From Candidatus Eiseniibacteriota bacterium (GTDB taxonomy: Bacteria > Eisenbacteria > RBG-16-71-46 > CAZAMP01): 64,000 bases of DNA. The notes under the pieces are model-generated. The model ran no database searches. It saw only the letters and a list, made by a program, of their open reading frames with translations, and had not been told where the DNA came from. Location of the stretch: the NCBI GenBank assembly GCA_965224245.1, contig OZ245046.1, positions 3,520,001 through 3,584,000 on the forward strand, given 5' to 3'. A program made the position numbers and the translations under genes. Shown piece after piece: positions 49,959 to 61,299 of the stretch (its first letter is position 1; each line of letters opens with the position of its first letter).

Positions 49959-50624
49959 ATGGGATGGATCTCGAGATTCTACGGGTCGACGATCGGCAAG
50001 AAGTTCATCGTGGGGATCACGGGTCTCGGCATGGTGCTGTTCCTGATCGCGCACCTCGTGGGGAACCTGAAGGTCTACGAGGGCCGTGACGCCATGATCG
50101 AGTATGCCGAGCTTCTCCGGTGGGAGCCGGTGATCCTGTGGGCATTTCGTCTGGGACTGCTGGCCTTCCTCGTTCTGCACGTCACGACGATCCTCCAGCT
50201 CACCCGCCGGAACGCGGCGGCCCGGCCCGTCAGCTACGCGTCCATGGCCACGTCCGAGGCCAGCGGCGCGTCACGCACGATGGTCGTCGGGGGGGTCACG
50301 ATCCTCCTGTACGTGATCTACCACGTTCTTCATCTGACGCTGGCCGAGGTCCACACCGGCATGGTGACGCACGGCGCGGAGCACGTCTACGACAACGTCG
50401 TCGCGAGCTTCCAGAGACCGCTGATCAGCGGCGTGTACATCCTCGCTCAGGTTGCCCTCTTCTTTCACCTCTCGCACGGCATCCAGAGCGCCTTCCGAAC
50501 GCTCGGCGTCTCCCACCCGAGGTACGTCGACCTGGTCCGACACGGGGGGCGCGCACTGTCGTTCATCATCGTGGTCGGCTTCATCTCCATCCCGGTGGCC
50601 GTGCTCACCGGGGTCGTGAAGTAG
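49959..50624 (+). CDS. sdhC: Succinate dehydrogenase/fumarate reductase cytochrome b subunit
   Basis: STIGKKFIVGITG, AHLVGNL, HLSHGIQSAFRTLG; five TM helices. Confidence 0.93.
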   Translation: MGWISRFYGSTIGKKFIVGITGLGMVLFLIAHLVGNLKVYEGRDAMIEYAELLRWEPVILWAFRLGLLAFLVLHVTTILQLTRRNAAARPVSYASMATSEASGASRTMVVGGVTILLYVIYHVLHLTLAEVHTGMVTHGAEHVYDNVVASFQRPLISGVYILAQVALFFHLSHGIQSAFRTLGVSHPRYVDLVRHGGRALSFIIVVGFISIPVAVLTGVVK

Positions 50625-50636
50625 AGGAGGATCGCC

Positions 50637-52546
<1,910 letters not shown>

Positions 52547-52550
<4 letters not shown>

Positions 52551-53308
52551 ACCTGACACTCAAGGTGTGGCGCCAGAAGAACGCGGACGCACCGGGGCGA
52601 CTCGAGACCTACGAGGCGCGCGACGTCAGCCCCGACAGCTCGTTCCTGGAGATGCTCGACGTCGTCAACGAGGGGCTCGAGGCTCAGGGACAGGAGCCCA
52701 TCGCGTTCGATCACGACTGCCGCGAGGGCATCTGCGGCGCCTGCTCGTTGATGATCGACGGCGTCGCCCACGGTCCGCAACGCGGCACGACGGCCTGCCA
52801 GCTCCACATGCGCACGTTCCGCGACGGCGACACGATCGTGGTCGAGCCGTGGCGGGCCCGTGCGTTCCCGCCGGTGAAGGACCTCGTGGTGGACCGCAGC
52901 GCGTTCGATCGCATCATCGAAGCAGGCGGGTACGTCAGCGTGAACACCGGGGCGGCCCAGGACGCCAACCTGATCCCCATCGGCAAGGAGAGCGCCGACG
53001 ATGCGTTCGACGCCGCGGCGTGCATCGGCTGCGGGGCATGTGTCGCGAGCTGCAAGAACGCGAGCGCGATGCTGTTCGTCAGCGCCAAGATCTCTCACCT
53101 CGGACACCTCCCCCAGGGACAGCCCGAGCGGGCTCGCCGTGCCCAGGCCATGGTCGCACAGATGGACGCCGAGGGGTTCGGCGGATGCACGAACCAGGGC
53201 GAGTGCGAAGCGGTGTGCCCGAAGGAGATCAAGATGACGAACATCTCGCGGATGAACGCGGACTTCGTCCGGGCGAGCTTCGGGTCGAGCCTGGCCGGCG
53301 GGGGCTAG
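52547..53308 (+). CDS. sdhB: Succinate dehydrogenase/fumarate reductase iron-sulfur subunit
   Basis: [33 protein letters not shown]. Confidence 0.96.
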
Positions 53309-53335
53309 CCGGCGGGGTCGAGCTCGTTCCGCTTC

Positions 53336-53358
53336 GGCCCCGCGCCCTTCGCGGGGCC
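53336..53358. terminator. Hairpin between the convergent sdhB and CHAT genes
   Basis: GGCCCCGCG-N5-CGCGGGGCC. Confidence 0.5.
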
Positions 53359-53371
53359 CGACGCGTGCCGG

Positions 53372-56173
53372 TCAGGCCCCGTGCACGGCGAACGCACCCC
53401 AGTAGAACGGGTGCGTCCAGGACTCGCGGACCCGCTCGCGCGCCCGCCGGAGGACGAGGGCGGTGTCGGCACCCGGCGACCCGGCGGAGAGGCCGTCGTA
53501 GAACGCATCCATCAGCGCCGCGGTGGCCCGATCGTGCACACGCCAGTGGCTGGCCACGAGCTGCCGTGCGCCGGCCGCGAGGAATGCGTGCGTGACTCCC
53601 GATAGATCGTCGCCGTCGCCGGTGAACGTCTGCCCGCTCGCGCACGCGCTCAGGACGACCAGATCGCATGCGATCCGGCGATCCATCAGGTCGGCCACGA
53701 AGAGGGCGCCGTCCAGCGTGCTCAGCCGGGAGAACAGCGGGTTGTCGTCCCGGAAGACGCCGTGCGTGGACAGGTGCAGCAGGCCGTCGCGCTCGGCCAC
53801 GGCGAGCACGTCGTCGGTCGTCGGATCCACGAGCACCGACGGCCCCAGCGCCTCCAGGCGCGCGGCCACCGCCCGAAGCTCACGCGGCACCGATGCGGGC
53901 CCTCCGTCGACGAGCCCCGCGATCGTCACGCGACGCGACGCCGCCCGGCGGCGCCTGGGACGGACCAGATCCACCGTGGGCGAGCGCGCGATCGTCCAGC
54001 GCTCGTCCGCATAGCATCGCCCATCGTGAAGACATTCGAACGGAACGTGGTGGGTCGGACCGTCGGGCACGATCACGAGACGACCACACGTGAGACGGTC
54101 CTCGATCGGTCGGAGGAGCGTGTCGTAGAGACGGCGCAGGACCTCGTCGGCGGCGCGACGCTGGAACGCCACGTTGCCCATCCGATCGGCGGCCAGGGCC
54201 ATCGTGTCGAGCTGATGGCGAACACGCCCCACGAGATCGACGAGCGTCGAGGTGCTCTCCTCGATCGTCCGGTGCCACACGTCGTTGCGTGAGATCCCGA
54301 TCACGAGCAGGGACTCTGGCAGGACGGTGTAGGACAGGACCAGGGTGTCCGCGGGCAACCGTCGTCGAACCTGGTCCAGATCGCGCCGCCGCACGGTGCG
54401 CGGCCCGGAGTCGTGGGCTCCCGCGTCTCGCCGTCGCTCCGCGGATGCGATCCGGCGCTCGAGTCGCGTGATCCGACGGCGCAGGCGCTCCCCCTCCCGC
54501 CCGAGTGCGCGCTCCGGCTCGTCGTACTCCCAGCTCTCGAGCCGGCGTGTCAACGCACCGAGTCGCACGCGTGCGTCGTCGTGCGCCGCGCTCGTGCCGC
54601 CCCGTGTCCGCCGCGCGTGAAGGCGCTCGCGGTGGGCGCGTCCTCGGACCTCCTCGACGACGTCCAGGAGCACGGCCGGATCCACGCGGCGCCGCTCCGC
54701 CAGCAGCGCCGCGAGCTCACGATAGGCGCGCGCATGGGTCGCGAACGCGTGCGCGCGATAGGCGATGCCGGGGATCGTCAAGCGCTCGGACTCCGCCGCG
54801 GTGATGGCCCGCTTCAGCGCCCGGCGGGCCTCGCGATCGTCGTGCCGGCGTCGGGCCACGCTCCCCACGGCCAGCCAGTAGCTCGCCTGCGCGCCAGCGG
54901 GAAGTCGGGATACGGCATCACGTCCTCCGGCGAGCGTCCTCGCCGCGAGGTCGGCGCGTCCCTGTGCGAGCCGGCACGCCGAGACGACCTCGCGCGCCTC
55001 GAGCTCCGCGCGAACGTCCCCGGTCTTCGCGAACCGCACCCGCGCGAGACCGGCCAGCTCGAGCGCGGGGGTGAGGTCCCCGGCCTCGAGCCGCGCCCGG
55101 GCGGCCGCCAGGCGACACGTCGCCAGCCGCGACCAGTATCGCTCGTGACGGAAGTACGCAAGCGGGACCTCCAGCCGCTCGGCGGCCCGCCGCGCGTGGC
55201 CGGCACGGACCAGCGCCCGCGCCTCGGTGACGCGGGCGAGCATGGCATCGACGACCAGGCCCTCGTCGTCGAACGCGGTCGTCCCCGCCCGGGCCTCCTC
55301 GATCGCGTCGCGCGGCATGCCCAGATCCAGAAAGGTGTTGGCGCGCTGCAGCCGTGCCGCCGCGACCATGTCGCGCGCGTCCATCGACTCGAAGAGATCG
55401 CTGCATGCTTCCAGACAGCCGAGGGCGGCTCGGTAGTCGCCGAGCACGCGCTCGAGGTGGGATCGGTTGTACAGGGCCTGTGCGCGGATGCGCGACAGCC
55501 CGAGGCGCTCGCTCTCCTCCTCGGCTTCGCGAAACCGCTCGCGCGCCTCGCGCACCCGATCGAGATTGGTCGCCGCCACCCCGCGGTTGACCAGGAGCGA
55601 GACGGTGGTGGCGTCGGCGATCCCGGCCTTCTCGAACTCGGCTCGGGCGCGCCGGTAGAGACCGTCCGCGTCGGCATGGCGCTCCTGGTGATAGGCCAGG
55701 TTGCCGAGGTTCATGTAGAGCTTGGCCAGATACACCCGGTCGCCCGCGCTCCGAAGCAGTCGCTCCGCTCGACGCGCCGCGCGGTTGGACGCCCGCGTAT
55801 CGCCCAGCACCCCCAGCACACCGACCCAGCCCACGAGGATCTCGCCGAGCAGGCGATCGGCGCCCGCGCGCTCAGCGTGCGCGCTGGCGTCGCGGTAGGC
55901 GGCGTTCGCATCCGCGAGGTGTCCGGCGTAGATGGAGGCCTCGGCGCGAGCCCGGGCCGCGATCGCCCGGACGTGAGCGTCGTCGAGACCGTCGGTGGCG
56001 GCGGTGAGGGCGTCGGCAATGGCCAGGGCCGCCGCCGGGTCCTTTCCGAGAAGCGACGCCACACGATCCCGAACCGATGTGGCAACGTCGAGGGTTGGCG
56101 GAGGTCCGGTGCCGAGGTGCGCGATCAGCGCGCCCGGCGCGAGGGCGGCAGGGTCGATGCCGGATGACGTCAC
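53372..56173 (-). CDS. TPR-CHAT (caspase-like) protease
   Basis: N-terminal TPRs (YMNLGN, VNRGV, YNRS); CHAT motifs LVIVPDG, HLSTHG (His), VVLSACASG (Cys), ASHWRV, HPFYWGAF. Confidence 0.92.
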   Translation of the reverse strand: MTSSGIDPAALAPGALIAHLGTGPPPTLDVATSVRDRVASLLGKDPAAALAIADALTAATDGLDDAHVRAIAARARAEASIYAGHLADANAAYRDASAHAERAGADRLLGEILVGWVGVLGVLGDTRASNRAARRAERLLRSAGDRVYLAKLYMNLGNLAYHQERHADADGLYRRARAEFEKAGIADATTVSLLVNRGVAATNLDRVREARERFREAEEESERLGLSRIRAQALYNRSHLERVLGDYRAALGCLEACSDLFESMDARDMVAAARLQRANTFLDLGMPRDAIEEARAGTTAFDDEGLVVDAMLARVTEARALVRAGHARRAAERLEVPLAYFRHERYWSRLATCRLAAARARLEAGDLTPALELAGLARVRFAKTGDVRAELEAREVVSACRLAQGRADLAARTLAGGRDAVSRLPAGAQASYWLAVGSVARRRHDDREARRALKRAITAAESERLTIPGIAYRAHAFATHARAYRELAALLAERRRVDPAVLLDVVEEVRGRAHRERLHARRTRGGTSAAHDDARVRLGALTRRLESWEYDEPERALGREGERLRRRITRLERRIASAERRRDAGAHDSGPRTVRRRDLDQVRRRLPADTLVLSYTVLPESLLVIGISRNDVWHRTIEESTSTLVDLVGRVRHQLDTMALAADRMGNVAFQRRAADEVLRRLYDTLLRPIEDRLTCGRLVIVPDGPTHHVPFECLHDGRCYADERWTIARSPTVDLVRPRRRRAASRRVTIAGLVDGGPASVPRELRAVAARLEALGPSVLVDPTTDDVLAVAERDGLLHLSTHGVFRDDNPLFSRLSTLDGALFVADLMDRRIACDLVVLSACASGQTFTGDGDDLSGVTHAFLAAGARQLVASHWRVHDRATAALMDAFYDGLSAGSPGADTALVLRRARERVRESWTHPFYWGAFAVHGA

Positions 56174-56223
56174 CGGGATCGCGAGCCTCTCTGAGGCGTG
56201 GCGCGACTACGCGGACACGCCGG

Positions 56224-56928
56224 TCATGCCTGCTCGTCGATCCGGAACGGTGGGATGTGGACCCGATCGGACCCGAGCGTGAACGTGAGCTCGAACTCGC
56301 CCCAGGGTAGGGCATCGAAGACGAACTCGCCAAACTCGTTCAGGTCGGCCTCGGTCGGGGTCGAGGATGCGCTCGCGCGAACCGTGACCGTGCGGCGCGG
56401 CGGCAGCTCGTCCGCGGCGGTGGGCGTCACCTGACCGCGCAGGACGCAGCGATCGGCCTCGCGGTCGGCCGACACGGAGATCGCATAGGCGTCGGTGTCG
56501 TAGACGAGGAGCCGCGGTGATGCCGACACGGCTCCGCGGACCGCGGCGGACGGCCGGAGCGAATCGGCGACCAGCGTGGCCACGATCTCGCGCAACCCGT
56601 CGGCGATGCGCGCACCGAGACCGGCGGCGGCACGGTCGGACGACGACCGCGCTCCGCGCAGCTGGGAGAGGGCGCGGTTGATGGCGGCGACGTCGGGCGA
56701 CACGTCTCCGGCGACCACGAGGCCGCGGGCGAACCGCACCAGCTCGGCGAGCTCGGCGCGGCATCGCGCACAGCCGGCCAGGTGATCGGTCGTCGCCGCC
56801 GCGACCCGCTCCATGGACGCCTCGGCCGTGTCCATCACGCGGGTCGGCCCGGTCCAGCCGCCGGCCTCCAGCCGGTGCCACGCGACCGCGAACAGCTCGT
56901 CCCAGGTGATGTGCGTGTCGTGACTCAT
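56224..56928 (-). CDS. Putative soluble zinc-binding anti-sigma factor with C-terminal beta-sandwich
   Basis: HLAGCARC = Hx3Cx2C; no TM helix; C-terminal LRGQV...GEFVFDALPWGEFEL; ATGA-coupled to the sigma gene. Confidence 0.75.
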   Translation of the reverse strand: MSHDTHITWDELFAVAWHRLEAGGWTGPTRVMDTAEASMERVAAATTDHLAGCARCRAELAELVRFARGLVVAGDVSPDVAAINRALSQLRGARSSSDRAAAGLGARIADGLREIVATLVADSLRPSAAVRGAVSASPRLLVYDTDAYAISVSADREADRCVLRGQVTPTAADELPPRRTVTVRASASSTPTEADLNEFGEFVFDALPWGEFELTFTLGSDRVHIPPFRIDEQA

Positions 56929-57566
56929 GTCCGCTCCTCGGTCGGCCGCGCCGCCAGAGTGGGAGACCCGGAAGGTCTCTCGTCCTTCGCGCGTGTGGAC
57001 CCTCGGCCGGGCGGCGATGATACCTCCCCGAAGCGTTTTTGGAGCTTCTTGAGGCACCGGCCGCGGCTGGGCCCGATGCTGCCGATCGGGATCTCGGTGC
57101 GCGCGACGATCTCCTCGTAGCTGGGCCGCGGCTCCTCGAGAAAGAGCGCGCTCAGGAGCTCGCGACATCGTGGATCGAGAGAGGTCACGAGCGACCGGAG
57201 TCGCTTCGCGTCCTCGACGGCCATGATGACCTCCTCGACGTCCGGGGCCTCGTCGGGCATGTCGCCCACGTCACGGTCCGCGTCGTCCGCGGCCAGGTCG
57301 GGCCGGCGGCGGGTGGCGATGTCGAGGGCGGCCCGGTAGGCGATGCTGTAGATCCACGAGGGGAGCTTGTCGAGGTCGCGGAGGCGATCGATGGCGCGAA
57401 ACGCGGCCAGCCAGGCGTTCTGCTCGGCGTCCTCCCGGTCGTCCGCCGAGAGCCGGACCCGCCGGCAGGCCACGCGCACGAGCCCACCGTAGTCCTCCAT
57501 GATCGTCCGCCAGGACGCCTCGTCGCCGGCGATCAACGATTCGATGTCGACGTCCCGTCGCTCCAC
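56925..57566 (-). CDS. ECF RNA polymerase sigma factor
   Basis: GDEASW, EDAEQNAW, LPSWI (region 2); LDPRCREL, SYEEI, IGSIGPSRGRCLKKL (region 4). Confidence 0.93.
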   Translation of the reverse strand: MERRDVDIESLIAGDEASWRTIMEDYGGLVRVACRRVRLSADDREDAEQNAWLAAFRAIDRLRDLDKLPSWIYSIAYRAALDIATRRRPDLAADDADRDVGDMPDEAPDVEEVIMAVEDAKRLRSLVTSLDPRCRELLSALFLEEPRPSYEEIVARTEIPIGSIGPSRGRCLKKLQKRFGEVSSPPGRGSTRAKDERPSGSPTLAARPTEERT

Positions 57567-57728
57567 GAGTCCCCCGGTCCCCGCCTGGTTGGTGACGCAC
57601 GCGCTCCGTCGACTCTACGTGAGCGACCGAAAACGGGTCAAACCAGCCGGCAGAGATCGGGGTTTCTCGTCGTCCCTGGTATCATTCACGGCATGCCCGG
57701 CATCTGCCTCGGTGGGGGGAGCCACGCC

Positions 57729-59231
57729 ATGTCCCGGTTCATCCGTTCGATCGCCACATCGTCGCTGCTGGTGGCAGGTTCCGCATCGGCGGACCACCAC
57801 GAGCCCTATCCGCCGGATCAGGTGATTCTCCACCTCTACCCGGACTACGACATCAGCGAGGTCAACGAGCGGTGGATGACCACCACGCTCTCGTCGATTC
57901 CGGGCACCGATCTCTACGTCGTTCAGACGCCCACCTACCCCAAGGACCTCGAGGGCTACACGGACCTCATGGAGGCCGAGGACGTCGCCATCATGACGGC
58001 CGAGCCCAACTGGACCCAGGGCACCCCCGAGAGCGTGCGCCAGATGGTGCTGATCGCGGTGGGCGGCGACTACGTGGACTTCGAGGACCAGGGGCTCGGC
58101 GAGCGGATCGGTCTGGACCCCGCGCACGCTCTCAGCACGGGCGCCGGCACCACCATCGCCCTCCTCGACACGGGGGTCGATCCGATGCACGACGCGTTCG
58201 TGGGTCGGCTGCGTCCCGACGGGCTGGACACCGTCGACGACGACACGACGCCCTGGGAGGTGTCGAACGGCATCGACGACGACCTCGACGGCACGATCGA
58301 CGGGGGCTTCGGCCACGGATCCATGGTGGGCGGCATCCTCGCCCTGACCGCCCCCGACGCCGAGATCCTGCCCGTCCGCGTGCTCGACGACGAGGGACGC
58401 GGGTCCACCTGGGACATCCTGGAGGGCCTCGCCCACGTGATCTCGGCCGGCGACGTGGACGTGATCAACATGAGCTTCGGCGTTCCCGACCACGTCGAGT
58501 CGCTGGCGGCACTCGTCGTCCAGGCCGACGTCGCCGGCATCGTCATGGTGGCCGGGGCGGGTAACGGCTCGTCGGAGGAGCCCGCCTACTTCCCGGCCCG
58601 GCACTCCAGCGTGCTGATGGTGACGGCGCTCGACTCCACCGACGTCAAGGCCGACTTCGCCGACTGGAACGTGCTGGTGGACGTCTCCGCGCCGGGCACC
58701 GGCGTTCGCAGCGCCTATCCCGGCAACGGCTGGGCGCTCGGCAGCGGCTGCTCGTTCGCGACGCCGTTCGTGGCCGCCGAGGCCGCGCTGGTCCGGAGCA
58801 CGAGCCCGCTCGCGTCGACCTGGGAGATCCGTTCCGCCGTCCGGGGCGGCGTCGTCCCGATCGATCACCTCCCGGGGAACGCCCCGTACGTGGGACAGCT
58901 GGGGACCGGTCGCATCTACGTTCCGGGCTCGCTCCCGGGGACGGTGGCGGTGGACGATCCCCGCGGCGGCCCCGGCTCGCGGCTCTTCTCCCTCGGTCCC
59001 AATCCGACGCGAGGCGTCGTGCGCATCCGCGGCCTCGGGGGCCGATCGATCGACCGGGCCGAGGTCTACGACCTCGCCGGACGGCGCGTCGTCGTCCTCG
59101 AGGGTCCGGCGAGCACGATCGGGTGGGACGGCCGGACCGGATCCGGGCTCCTGGCGGCGCCCGGCATCTACGTCGTGAAGGTCACGAGCGGATCGACGAC
59201 GGCATCGTCACGGCTCCAGGTCGTTCGCTGA
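57729..59231 (+). CDS. Secreted S8 subtilase with FlgD/T9SS-like C-terminal domain
   Basis: Signal peptide; LLDTG, GHGS, AGAGN, GCSFATP (full triad); PNP...YDLAGRRV...WDG...GIY tail. Confidence 0.9.
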   Translation: MSRFIRSIATSSLLVAGSASADHHEPYPPDQVILHLYPDYDISEVNERWMTTTLSSIPGTDLYVVQTPTYPKDLEGYTDLMEAEDVAIMTAEPNWTQGTPESVRQMVLIAVGGDYVDFEDQGLGERIGLDPAHALSTGAGTTIALLDTGVDPMHDAFVGRLRPDGLDTVDDDTTPWEVSNGIDDDLDGTIDGGFGHGSMVGGILALTAPDAEILPVRVLDDEGRGSTWDILEGLAHVISAGDVDVINMSFGVPDHVESLAALVVQADVAGIVMVAGAGNGSSEEPAYFPARHSSVLMVTALDSTDVKADFADWNVLVDVSAPGTGVRSAYPGNGWALGSGCSFATPFVAAEAALVRSTSPLASTWEIRSAVRGGVVPIDHLPGNAPYVGQLGTGRIYVPGSLPGTVAVDDPRGGPGSRLFSLGPNPTRGVVRIRGLGGRSIDRAEVYDLAGRRVVVLEGPASTIGWDGRTGSGLLAAPGIYVVKVTSGSTTASSRLQVVR

Positions 59232-59319
59232 CCCGCCTCGCGACACGCGGTCGCACGAGCCGACTCGCTCCTCGTGGATCCCTCCGCCCACGCCGCGGCC
59301 GGCTTCACCGCGGTGCGTC

Positions 59320-59934
59320 TCACCGCTCCGCGGTCGCGACCACGTCCAGCGATGCGTCCTGGACCTCGCCCAGCTTCAGGAACAGGAACTTCGGACGTGA
59401 GATCGAGTAGTCGTCGAGCCGGACCGGAAACGCGGTGACGGCGCGCAGCGTCGAGGCGTCGGCGGCCAGGGTCAGCGTCACGAGGACCTCGATCCGGCGC
59501 GAGACGCCGTGCAGCGTCAGGGTCCCCGCCATGCGCACGTCGGTCGGCTGGCCGGCCGCGAGCGACGATGGCGGCTCGCCGAGCAGCGACGCGCCGCGGA
59601 ACGTCGCGGTGGGATGGCGATCGGTCTCGAGGTGGTTCTCCCGCATGTCCGCGTTCCGCTTGCCGATGCCGGTGTCGAGACTCGCCATGTCGACCTCGAC
59701 GACCACCGTGATGGAGTCGCCGAGCGCGGCGGGGTCGCACTCGATCACGCCGCTGACGGCGGTCGTCTTCCCGGTGAAAGACTCGAGCGGAGCGTGAGAC
59801 TCGAACTGCACCCGCGATTCGTCACCGGCGGCGATGACGAACCGCTCGGCGTGGGTGGGAATCGCGAACGTGATCACGGTCAGCATCGTGAGCGCATGGA
59901 TCGCCCACCGCCGCGATCGGGCCGGCACGTGCAC
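59320..59934 (-). CDS. YceI family protein
   Basis: SRVQFES, SLDTGIGKRNADMR, LETDRHP, GTLTLHGVSR; GAAGGAG before GTG 59934. Confidence 0.9.
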   Translation of the reverse strand: MHVPARSRRWAIHALTMLTVITFAIPTHAERFVIAAGDESRVQFESHAPLESFTGKTTAVSGVIECDPAALGDSITVVVEVDMASLDTGIGKRNADMRENHLETDRHPTATFRGASLLGEPPSSLAAGQPTDVRMAGTLTLHGVSRRIEVLVTLTLAADASTLRAVTAFPVRLDDYSISRPKFLFLKLGEVQDASLDVVATAER

Positions 59935-60128
59935 GGCGCATCGCTCCTTCTCCGGCCGTCTCCCGGGCAGTCGAAAACGGCGGCGCGCGTCGAGACGCGC
60001 CGTTCGAGATGAAGAGCCCGCGGCCGCCTCGTTTGATACCTGGTGTCGACGTTTTGTTCTCACGTTTCGTTCCCGCGTTGACCGCCGTCCGAACGTCCAT
60101 CTACGATCGCGTCACGGGAGATCCCAGC

Positions 60129-61244
60129 ATGCAGACGCACACGTCATCGTCCACGATTGAGATCCTCATCGCGTCGTGCCGCCCCGGCGGCCGTGCGCTC
60201 CTCGTCGCGACCGCGCTCACCGCGCTCGTGTCACAGGCGGCGGTCGCGACACCTCGGTACTCGGTCCGGTACGGGCAGAGCTGCCACCTCTGCCACGTCA
60301 ACCCGACCGGGGGCGGTCAACGATCCCTCTTCGGCGCACAGTTCTTCTCTTACACCGATCTCGCGATGAAGACGCTGTCGTTCGACGAGCTCGATCGCGT
60401 CGATCCCGAGCTCACCGATCAGGTACAGATCGGGTTCGATCTGCGGACGCTGTACACGGGCGCCGACGAGCCCGGCACGAACACCTTCCTGGCCATGCAG
60501 GGCGACGTCTACCTGTCGGTGCAGCTCAGCGAGACGTGGTTCGCGCAGTTCGACGAGGGCCTGCGAGACGACTACGAGGTCATGGCCACCGGACACGTGC
60601 TCCCCGCCAACGGGTACGTGAAGGCCGGACGCTTCGTGCCGCCCTACGGCATGCGGATCGCCGACCACACCGCGTTCGTCCGCGAGCGGCTGGGCTTCGA
60701 TTACGCCTGGAAGGAGACCGGGCTCGAGATCGGCTTCCACCCCGAGCCGATCGACGTCGCAGTCGCGGTGACCAACGGCAACACGTTGCTCCTGGACGGC
60801 GACGAGATGAAGGCGGTGACCGCGCGAGGCGACGTGCGCACGTCCGCGCTCGGTGCGAACCTGTGGATCGGTGTCACCGGCCGGTGGAACGGACATCCCG
60901 ATCTGCCCGACGACCGGATCGCCGGAGGGTACGGAGGCCTCGCCGCGGGCCCGGTCACCGTGCTCGGCGAGGTCGCGTTCCGACGGTTCCGCACCGACGC
61001 GCTGGTCACGTTCGTCGAGCTGGCCGCGCTCGTCTCCCGAGGCGTCACCATTCGAGCCGAGTACGACTTTCACGACCGCGACGTCGACGAGACGTCCGGG
61101 GCCGACAACATGTGGGTGCTGGGAGCCGAGATTGTGCCCCGGGGCTACCTGCAGCTCATCGGGAACGTTCGGCTGCGGCGGCCGACCGACGATGCGGTCC
61201 CGGACGTCGCCGAGGGCGATCTCCAGCTGCACCTGTTCTTCTGA
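60129..61244 (+). CDS. Monoheme cytochrome c fused to a probable outer-membrane beta-barrel
   Basis: Signal peptide, then ATPRYSVRYGQSCHLCH; porin-like YVKAGRF..PYG; ends LHLFF. Confidence 0.75.
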   Translation: MQTHTSSSTIEILIASCRPGGRALLVATALTALVSQAAVATPRYSVRYGQSCHLCHVNPTGGGQRSLFGAQFFSYTDLAMKTLSFDELDRVDPELTDQVQIGFDLRTLYTGADEPGTNTFLAMQGDVYLSVQLSETWFAQFDEGLRDDYEVMATGHVLPANGYVKAGRFVPPYGMRIADHTAFVRERLGFDYAWKETGLEIGFHPEPIDVAVAVTNGNTLLLDGDEMKAVTARGDVRTSALGANLWIGVTGRWNGHPDLPDDRIAGGYGGLAAGPVTVLGEVAFRRFRTDALVTFVELAALVSRGVTIRAEYDFHDRDVDETSGADNMWVLGAEIVPRGYLQLIGNVRLRRPTDDAVPDVAEGDLQLHLFF

Positions 61245-61299
61245 CGGGCGACGTCCGGGGCACGGTGTCGCCGACCGGGAGCGCAACGAGCCGCGACGG

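Noticed and set aside
58741-58765. GCSF instead of GTSF in the second S8 as a sign of inactivity
   Set aside because: The catalytic Ser, Asp, His and oxyanion Asn are all present.
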